Below, piece after piece: positions 58,082-64,000 of a DNA stretch of 64,000 nucleotides. This DNA comes from Myxococcales bacterium. GTDB lineage: Bacteria > Myxococcota_A > Polyangia > Polyangiales > DASUME01. The notes beneath the pieces were generated by a model. It made no database searches. It was not told the DNA's origin and saw only the letters and a program-made list of their open reading frames with translations. The first letter of the stretch is position 1; each line of letters begins with the position of its first letter. The translations under genes and the position numbers were made by a program. The stretch spans positions 3,616,001 through 3,680,000 of the forward strand of contig JASGJH010000001.1 in the NCBI GenBank assembly GCA_047601445.1, written 5' to 3'.

Positions 58082-60901
58082 ATGAAAACCACGATGTGGT
58101 GGTCCGGCGCGCAGCAGCACACCGAGGGCACGGCGCGCGGCGGCCTGCAGGCCAAGTTCGTACGAGTCCTGTTGTGCATCCTGCTGCCCTTCAGCCTGGC
58201 CACCTTGGCCGGAGTCACGTTCATCGAGTACCAGGCGTCGCGCCAGAGCGCGCGGGACACCGAGCACCGCATCGAGGAGGGCATCGCGGACAAGGCCCGC
58301 GTGCTCACCGAGAACCACGCGCTGGCGCTGAGCGGCCTGGTGGCAGAGAACGCCTTCGTCGACGTGAACGAGCTCGTGGAGGGCGCGGTCTCGCGCGATC
58401 AGGACGTGTTGTACGGACTGTTCGTGGCAGTGGACGGGCGCCCCTGGGCCTACGTCTCACCGAGCACGCGCGCGGCGGGGGGACACCGCATGGTCACGCC
58501 GGGGGATCTGAGCGAGCTCGGGCTCGCCGGGGGCAAGGCGCTGTCTGCGCTCGAGACGCAACGGCGCGTGCACGCGTTCGGAGACGAGGTGCTGGAGTTC
58601 GCAGCGCCCGTGCTGGACGAAGGGGAGCTACTCGGCACGGTGCGCTACGGCTTCAGCACGCGGCGCACGCACAAGGCCCTCGAGCTCTCGCGCGACCGCG
58701 CCACACGCACCCTGCTCACCACGCTGCTGACGATGAGCGCACTGACCTTGCTCGGCGGCATTTTGGGGTCCTGGTTCGTGCGCCGTGCCCTCGCGCGCGT
58801 GGCCAAGCCGCTCAACGCGCTCACCGACGCCGCCTACGCCATCGCCGCGGGCAACCGCGACGTGCGCGTGAACGTGAAGAGCGGCGACGAGCTCGAGGTA
58901 CTGGCCAGCGCCTTCAACTCCATGCAGGAGGCCAACCAGAGCGCGCTCGAACAGCTGGAGGCCAAGACCGAACAGGCGCTGGAGGCGGCGCGCCTCAAGA
59001 GTGAGTTCTTGGCCAACGTGAGCCACGAGATCCGCACGCCGATGAACGGCGTGACGGGCCTGGTGAAGCTGATGCTGGAGATGCCGCTTCAGGGCAAGCT
59101 CCGGCGCTACGTGGAGACCATCGACGCCTCGAGCTCCGCGCTGCTGACGGTGATCAACGACGTGCTCGATTTCTCCAAGATGGAGGCCGGCAAGTACACG
59201 CTGCACCGTGAGCCCTTCGAGCCGCGCACCGCCATTCAGGACGTGGTGGAGCTGCACGGCGCACGCGCCGCAGAAAAGCACGTCGAGCTGTTCCACCGCG
59301 TGGCGGCGGACGTGCCGCGGATGATCCAGGGCGACGTCGATAGATTCCGCCAGGTCCTCAACAACCTGGTCGGCAACGCCGTGAAGTTCACGGATCGGGG
59401 CGAGATCTTCGTCGACGTGCGGGTCGAGTCCCGGCAGGACTCCGACGTGACGCTCCACGTTTCGGTGCAAGACACGGGCATCGGCGTACCGGAGCGCGAT
59501 CTGCAGTCCATCTTCGACGCCTTCTCGCAGGTCGACGGTTCCCTGGTGCGCCGTCACGGCGGCACGGGGCTGGGTCTGGCCATCTCGAAGCATTTGGTCG
59601 AGATGATGGGAGGCGCCATCGGTGTGCAGAGCGAACTGGACGTGGGAAGTCGCTTCTGGTTCACCATCACGGGCCACATCGAGCAAGAGGAGGAGCGGGT
59701 CAAGGAGCCGCTACCTCCACGCAAGTCCGCCCTACTCATCGAGGCCAACCAGCGCCTGCGCGAGCTCATCAAGGAGCATCTCGAGAGCTGGGGCATCGTC
59801 TGCGAAGCGCTCGCGAGCGCGGACCCCGCTCAGCCCGGCTTGGACGCGCTGCTCCACTCCGGCCGGAGCTTCGACGTGGTGATCACGGGCGAATCGGCGC
59901 GGCTCTCCGAGCTGCGCATGCTGCTGGAGTCGCTGGAGGCCAACGCGCGCGCGCGGGTGCCGGTGTTGGCGATCACACACTCGAGCTTCACCGGCGACTA
60001 TCGAGATGCCGGGCTCTCCTTGCTGGGGCCACTGCACAAGCCGCTGCGGATGTCCGAGCTCTACAACTGCTTGCAGAAGGCGCTGTGCGGGCAGGTCGAG
60101 CTGCCCAGCGCGGAGGCCCACGCCAAGGCGCGCCACAAGCGCGATAGCAGCAACAAGATCTTGGTGGTGGAGGACAACGAGATCAACCGCTTCGTGGCGG
60201 TCGAGCAGCTGCAGGACCTCGGCTACGAGGTGGATGTGGCGAGCGACGGCAGAGAAGCACTGGCGAAAGTGGCCCAGCGCGCCTATCTGGCCGTGTTGAT
60301 GGACTGTCAAATGCCGGAGATGGACGGCTACACGGCAACCCGCGAGATTCGCAAGCGCGAAGCCGGCACGGGCAGGCACCAGCTCATCATCGCGCTCACG
60401 GCACACGCCATGGCGAGCGAGCGGCAGCGGGTGGCCGCCGCAGGGATGGACGACTACCTGTCGAAGCCCCTGCGAGGCAACGCACTGGAGCGCATGGTCG
60501 CGCGCTACGTGCCCCTTGACGCCGCACCCACGCCGGAGCACGAAAAGCCGGCGATGACCTCCCCGATCCTCGACACGCCCCCGGCCGCGCCCCTGGCGCC
60601 CGGCGGACGGCGCTCCGAGCGCCTCATGCGCATGTGCCAGCACGAACTCCCCAAGCAGGTCGAGGACGTGGTCAGCGCGATCGAGCATCGCGATGCGGGC
60701 AACCTGCGTGCGGCGGCGCACAAGCTCAAGGGAGCCGCGCTGGTGATCGAGGCCAGTCCCCTGGCCGAGGTGGCCGAGCGGCTGGAGAAAGCAGCGGAGC
60801 AGCAGTCGCTGGACCTCTGCGCGGAGCTCCAGGCGCTGCTTCGCCGTTGCTTGTCCGACGTGCTGGTGGCCTTGAATCTCGAGCTCGAGAAGTACGCCTG
60901 A
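58082..60901 (+). CDS. Hybrid sensor histidine kinase (2TM-HAMP-HisKA-HATPase-REC-REC-Hpt)
   Basis: FLANVSHEIRTPMNG, NLVGNAVKFT, DTGIG, GGTGLGL, MDCQMPEMDG, AHKLKG. Confidence 0.95.
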   Translation: MKTTMWWSGAQQHTEGTARGGLQAKFVRVLLCILLPFSLATLAGVTFIEYQASRQSARDTEHRIEEGIADKARVLTENHALALSGLVAENAFVDVNELVEGAVSRDQDVLYGLFVAVDGRPWAYVSPSTRAAGGHRMVTPGDLSELGLAGGKALSALETQRRVHAFGDEVLEFAAPVLDEGELLGTVRYGFSTRRTHKALELSRDRATRTLLTTLLTMSALTLLGGILGSWFVRRALARVAKPLNALTDAAYAIAAGNRDVRVNVKSGDELEVLASAFNSMQEANQSALEQLEAKTEQALEAARLKSEFLANVSHEIRTPMNGVTGLVKLMLEMPLQGKLRRYVETIDASSSALLTVINDVLDFSKMEAGKYTLHREPFEPRTAIQDVVELHGARAAEKHVELFHRVAADVPRMIQGDVDRFRQVLNNLVGNAVKFTDRGEIFVDVRVESRQDSDVTLHVSVQDTGIGVPERDLQSIFDAFSQVDGSLVRRHGGTGLGLAISKHLVEMMGGAIGVQSELDVGSRFWFTITGHIEQEEERVKEPLPPRKSALLIEANQRLRELIKEHLESWGIVCEALASADPAQPGLDALLHSGRSFDVVITGESARLSELRMLLESLEANARARVPVLAITHSSFTGDYRDAGLSLLGPLHKPLRMSELYNCLQKALCGQVELPSAEAHAKARHKRDSSNKILVVEDNEINRFVAVEQLQDLGYEVDVASDGREALAKVAQRAYLAVLMDCQMPEMDGYTATREIRKREAGTGRHQLIIALTAHAMASERQRVAAAGMDDYLSKPLRGNALERMVARYVPLDAAPTPEHEKPAMTSPILDTPPAAPLAPGGRRSERLMRMCQHELPKQVEDVVSAIEHRDAGNLRAAAHKLKGAALVIEASPLAEVAERLEKAAEQQSLDLCAELQALLRRCLSDVLVALNLELEKYA

Positions 60902-60909
60902 GCCTGAGA

Positions 60910-61938
60910 CTACTTGAGGATGACGTCCACCTGGGACAGAGCACCCTTGCGTAGCTGGTAGTGTTCGCGCACGCGCGGCAGGTCCATCACGGTGGTGGTG
61001 GACACCGGCAACTGCAAGTCGTGGCTCGTGAGCTGCCAGCCGTTGTCCATGGCATCGAACAAGATATCGGCGGCCTGCGTACCCAGGGCCACGTGATCGG
61101 GCAAAAATGCGACGTCGCCGAAGGGACCGTCGGCGCTCATCAGCGAGCTCACGCCCACGATGGTGGGAATCCAGGGCCGTTGGTTGAGCCCCACCAGCCA
61201 GCCCTGGCTCAAGAGCGCCTCGCTGAGCAGACGATCGTCGTTCAACACCCAGATCGCTTGCGCGTGCTCCTTGAGGTTGCGCAGGGCGCGCTTGATGTCG
61301 GAGGCGTTGAACGAGGCCGACAGTACCTCGGGCACCACCGTGACCTTCTCCTGCCGGGCGAGCGCGGCCTCCGCCTGGACGAAGCCCCGAAATCCCTCGC
61401 GCCGAATCACGCCCACGCGCGTGATGGGCAGCGTGATCAGCCTCCGCAAGCTCGTGATGGCGGTCACCAGCGGCACTTCGTAGCGAATGCCTGTAGCGTT
61501 CCGCAGGTCGAGCTCGCTCTTCTCCAACAGCGACGTCATCACGATTACCGCGGGCGGGAGGGCCCGGCCCGTGTGCTGCCGCTGGTAGTCGCGGTACGCG
61601 GCTACCGTGGGGTTGTTGACCAGGACCAGCGCGGCAGGCTCGTAGCGCTGGATGGCCTTGGCCATGACCCACGCGTCGTGTCGACTCTCGATCTGGACCG
61701 CGATCAACTGGACGACCTTGCCGATCTCGTCGCTCAGGCCGGTCCACAGCGCACGTGTCTGCTCGGTGTCGGGTGTGAAGACGAGCACGCGATCGGGGCG
61801 TGCGCCGCCCTTGGTCTGGCGCAACTCGCGATAGACACGCTCCTCTCGCACAGGCTGGCGGCCGATCTCGCCGCAGGCGGCGCTCAACGCCGCGATCCAG
61901 GGCAAGCTGGAGAGCCATTCGCGACGGGTCAGCGCCAT
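60910..61938 (-). CDS. Tat lipoprotein, ABC substrate-binding-like periplasmic protein
   Basis: TRREWL signal, SAAC lipobox; NATGIRYEVP..RVGVI..AIWVLND..LGTQAA. Confidence 0.7.
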   Translation of the reverse strand: MALTRREWLSSLPWIAALSAACGEIGRQPVREERVYRELRQTKGGARPDRVLVFTPDTEQTRALWTGLSDEIGKVVQLIAVQIESRHDAWVMAKAIQRYEPAALVLVNNPTVAAYRDYQRQHTGRALPPAVIVMTSLLEKSELDLRNATGIRYEVPLVTAITSLRRLITLPITRVGVIRREGFRGFVQAEAALARQEKVTVVPEVLSASFNASDIKRALRNLKEHAQAIWVLNDDRLLSEALLSQGWLVGLNQRPWIPTIVGVSSLMSADGPFGDVAFLPDHVALGTQAADILFDAMDNGWQLTSHDLQLPVSTTTVMDLPRVREHYQLRKGALSQVDVILK

Positions 61939-62543
61939 GCGTCGATGCCCAGCTGTTGGAGGATGTCCGGCTTGAGTTTGGTCACGGCGCTGAGCGGCTG
62001 GTTGCCTGCGGGCGTCAGCACGGCCAGCGCCACCAGTCCGACGCGATGCTCGAGCTCACGCGCTACCAACCTCATCTCGCTCGTACGCTGCAGCTCGGGG
62101 ACCAGCCGCGCCGGCAGCAAGATGGCCTCCACCCGCTTCAGCTGCAGCAGGGGCAACAGGTCCTCCAGCTTGCTCACGCGCTCCACGTTCGGCTCCGCGT
62201 CCACCAGCTCGTGAACGAACTCGACGGTGCCCTCACGCCCCAGCAAGTCGAGTGCCCCCACGCCCCGGATGCTTTCCCGTGCGGGCATGCGGTCCACGGA
62301 CACGAGCGCATAGGGCTCGTCGGAGCGTCCATGCCGGTAGCCCCGGAGGCGCGGCGTGAACCCGTGGGACTCGAGCACGGGCGTCAACGTGAGCACGGCG
62401 TCCTGGCCCTGCTGCAGAGCGCGATCGAAGTCGGCCACGCGGCCCACGGCCGTGATGGTCAGCGCGCTGAGCGCCTCCGAAAGCTCGGCCTGGAGCGCAC
62501 GCTGCTTCATCAGGAGATGCAAGAACACGAGGAGGCGCGACAT
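61929..62543 (-). CDS. Hypothetical protein, possible periplasmic-binding-like fold
   Basis: 204 aa ORF co-oriented and overlapping in the TonB-receptor cluster; ERVSKLEDLLPLLQ..VEAILLP. Confidence 0.6.
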   Translation of the reverse strand: MSRLLVFLHLLMKQRALQAELSEALSALTITAVGRVADFDRALQQGQDAVLTLTPVLESHGFTPRLRGYRHGRSDEPYALVSVDRMPARESIRGVGALDLLGREGTVEFVHELVDAEPNVERVSKLEDLLPLLQLKRVEAILLPARLVPELQRTSEMRLVARELEHRVGLVALAVLTPAGNQPLSAVTKLKPDILQQLGIDAWR

Positions 62544-62621
62544 CTCTCTTTCTCTCCACCGAAGTCCACGCCCATGCGCTTCCGTTTTCGCCGAAGCGCG
62601 CCTAAATGCCCCGTAGTCCCC

Positions 62622-64000
62622 TCAATAGGTGTGTCTCACATCGAGCATGATCGCACGTGGCACGAGCGGGATCTCGAAGGCCGCGAAGCCCGGGTCCGGA
62701 CCGGTCATCCCCGTGACGTTGCGCGCGCGCAGGGCAATTCGCGTCTCTTGCCCCCGAATTAGGTACAGCTCCCGGGTCTGCAGCGACAGCTCGAGCAGCC
62801 AATAGGTGGGCAGCGTGAAGGACGCGCCGCGGGCCACGATGCTGGCGTCTGCCGCTCGACGGGGACCGACCAGCATCTGCTGCATTTGGAGGTCGAGCGG
62901 GAACTTGGGATGCGAGGGCAAGCGCACGAGCAGGCCCAGGCGACCGATGTACGGCGGATAGACCACCGCCTTGCCACCCACCAAGGTGGGGATATAGCCC
63001 TCCTGGCCGAGGTCTCTTCGCGAGTACACCAGGTCGAAGCCCAGGTAGGCGTCGAGCGCATCGCGATAGCGTAGGTCCAGACGGTTCTCCCAGGCGAGTG
63101 CGTGCTGGCTGGCCACGTTGTAGGCGGCCTGGTTGATGCCAGACGGAAGAAATTCGGCCTTGTCGAGTAGCCAGCTCTGGGAAAGCGCACTGGTCGCCTC
63201 GAGCAGCTTGCCGAGGCGATAGCCGACTTGCGCCTCGATCGTATGAATGAACTGAGGCTTTAGATTTCGATTGCCGATCACGTCTCCGGGGCGCAGCGGG
63301 ACCGCGTAGAGCAAGTACGGCGACGGCGCCTTGAAGGCACTCCCGTACAGCAGCTTCACCGTGATGGACCGAGGCAAGTGGGAGATCACGCCGAAGCGCC
63401 CTGTCACGACGTCCCCGTACTTGTTGTGATGGTCATAACGCACGCCGCCCGCGAGCCGCAGCCAGCGCGGGACGGCCTGGTAGTTGCCGTTCACGTAGAT
63501 GCCGATATTGAAGAGGTCCGCGTCCTTGGGTTTGTCTCCGGTGTTCCCCACGATGGGCACCGCCTGTTGCGTCATCAGGTCGATGCGCTCGGGGGATGGC
63601 AGCTGTTCGCGGTCGAAGGTCAGCTCGCTGCCGAAGATGGCGCTGACGGTGGCGAGGGGCCGATAGCGGGCCTCCAGCACGGAGTCGAAGGCGTGGTACT
63701 GACTCCTGCGCTCCACATCGTAGACGTCGCTGGCGACCTCCACGTGGTCCGCGGGACGAATGCCGCCCTGGAAGTAGGTGCTGAGTGAGGCGATGTCGAG
63801 CTTGGGCGTGACGTGCAGCAGACCGTCCAGGTTCACGCGATACTGACCGAGCGCGATGGTCGTCCCGCGCTGGATTCCGTCCACCTCTTGATGGCTGAGC
63901 TGGGCCCACTGCGCAAAGTCGCCCCCGCGCTGAATGCCCGAGGCATAGGCGCTCGCGATCAGGTGCCCGAGCCGCTCGTCTCGCACGCCGAAGCGGCTCT
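62622..64000 (-). CDS. TonB-dependent outer-membrane receptor (5' end outside window)
   Basis: GGVRYD, KLLYGSAFKAPS, GNRNLKP, C-terminal PRAIMLDVRHTY barrel strand. Confidence 0.88.
   Translation of the reverse strand, partial: SRFGVRDERLGHLIASAYASGIQRGGDFAQWAQLSHQEVDGIQRGTTIALGQYRVNLDGLLHVTPKLDIASLSTYFQGGIRPADHVEVASDVYDVERRSQYHAFDSVLEARYRPLATVSAIFGSELTFDREQLPSPERIDLMTQQAVPIVGNTGDKPKDADLFNIGIYVNGNYQAVPRWLRLAGGVRYDHHNKYGDVVTGRFGVISHLPRSITVKLLYGSAFKAPSPYLLYAVPLRPGDVIGNRNLKPQFIHTIEAQVGYRLGKLLEATSALSQSWLLDKAEFLPSGINQAAYNVASQHALAWENRLDLRYRDALDAYLGFDLVYSRRDLGQEGYIPTLVGGKAVVYPPYIGRLGLLVRLPSHPKFPLDLQMQQMLVGPRRAADASIVARGASFTLPTYWLLELSLQTRELYLIRGQETRIALRARNVTGMTGPDPGFAAFEIPLVPRAIMLDVRHTY

Noticed and set aside
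59732..61918. Long antisense/alternate-frame ORFs (e.g. 728 aa here; also 1872..3242 and 5891..7342)
   Set aside because: Shadow ORFs typical of high-GC DNA, overlapping well-supported genes, with low-complexity Arg/Gly/Ala composition.

Overview
High-GC bacterial chromosomal segment whose gene content points to a myxobacterium (Myxococcota, probably Polyangiales-like): Cys-rich lipoproteins, a DUF1552/DUF1592 pair, an ECF/TPR anti-sigma module and an MglA-like GTPase. About 50 CDS; no rRNA, tRNA, CRISPR array or transposase was recognised. The most notable locus (14.2-23.2 kb) is a divergent signalling module. It encodes a degenerate histidine kinase, two REC-DUF4388/PATAN proteins, a PATAN-like protein, several roadblock/MglB-like domains, an MglA-family GTPase with a long C-terminal extension, a sigma54 activator and a PDZ protein, and a sigma54 promoter sits in front of the roadblock-roadblock-GTPase operon. 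Other features: an SPFH gene pair, tandem opgD/opgG without opgH in the window, a four-helix-bundle gene flanked by inverted hexamer repeats, a ~100-bp double-hairpin repeat present twice, a DUF1592-CBM2 fusion, a desaturase operon with a 5x12-bp operator array, and a TonB-receptor/periplasmic-protein cluster convergent on a hybrid kinase. Three genes carry +1 frameshifts, all at GATTC where GATC restores the frame; this suggests a systematic, possibly methylation-linked, sequencing error rather than true pseudogenes. All family assignments are from motif recognition by eye, not database searches.
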